From NCBI GenBank assembly GCA_016839605.1, contig JAEOTX010000170.1, forward strand, positions 1 to 36,122: a stretch of 36,122 nucleotides of DNA. Direction: 5' to 3'. Under the pieces are notes generated by a model. The model saw only the letters and a program-made list of their open reading frames with translations, ran no database searches and was not told the origin of the DNA. The stretch's first letter is position 1. Every line of letters starts with the position of its first letter. Made by a program: the position numbers and the translations under genes. Below are positions 36,122 to 36,122 of the stretch, in pieces. Source of the stretch: Candidatus Thorarchaeota archaeon. GTDB taxonomy: Archaea; Asgardarchaeota; Thorarchaeia; Thorarchaeales; Thorarchaeaceae.

Positions 36122-36122
36122 T

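Overview
Archaeal chromosomal window, most likely an Asgard archaeon (Thorarchaeota-like). This is inferred from a Sec23/24-type zinc-finger+vWA gene, a Roadblock/LC7 gene, a PCI-type winged-helix gene, an EMC6-like gene, rpS8e, smc-scpA-scpB and archaeal-style promoters. Positions 1-27.4 kb are mostly housekeeping: condensin, hypE/hypA, thiol:fumarate reductase TfrAB with a two-subunit fumarate hydratase, RqcH/NEMF, CBS proteins, pyrC, AMMECR1 and nadC. Positions 27.39-35.92 kb are an 8.5-kb island inserted at the 3' end of tRNA-Glu(TTC), bounded by 29-bp att-like repeats. It carries a type I-B interference module (cas6, cas8b, a separate cas11-like gene, cas7, cas5, cas3) and no cas1/2/4 or integrase. 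The module sits between two short CRISPR arrays with duplicated leaders, and a truncated LAGLIDADG-like ORF lies beside the tRNA. The most striking unannotated signal is a 29-codon ORF at 7772-7861 (minus strand), MTIHQ-DNPFTPPPEPW-TT-DNPFTPPPEPW*, whose two 11-aa units differ only at synonymous positions and which has its own terminator. Also notable are an ACG at the expected cas6 start, a one-base frame offset between cas8b and cas11, a 35-aa membrane microprotein, and several operator-like palindromes and structured UTRs. All calls come from reading the sequence by eye; no database searches were run.
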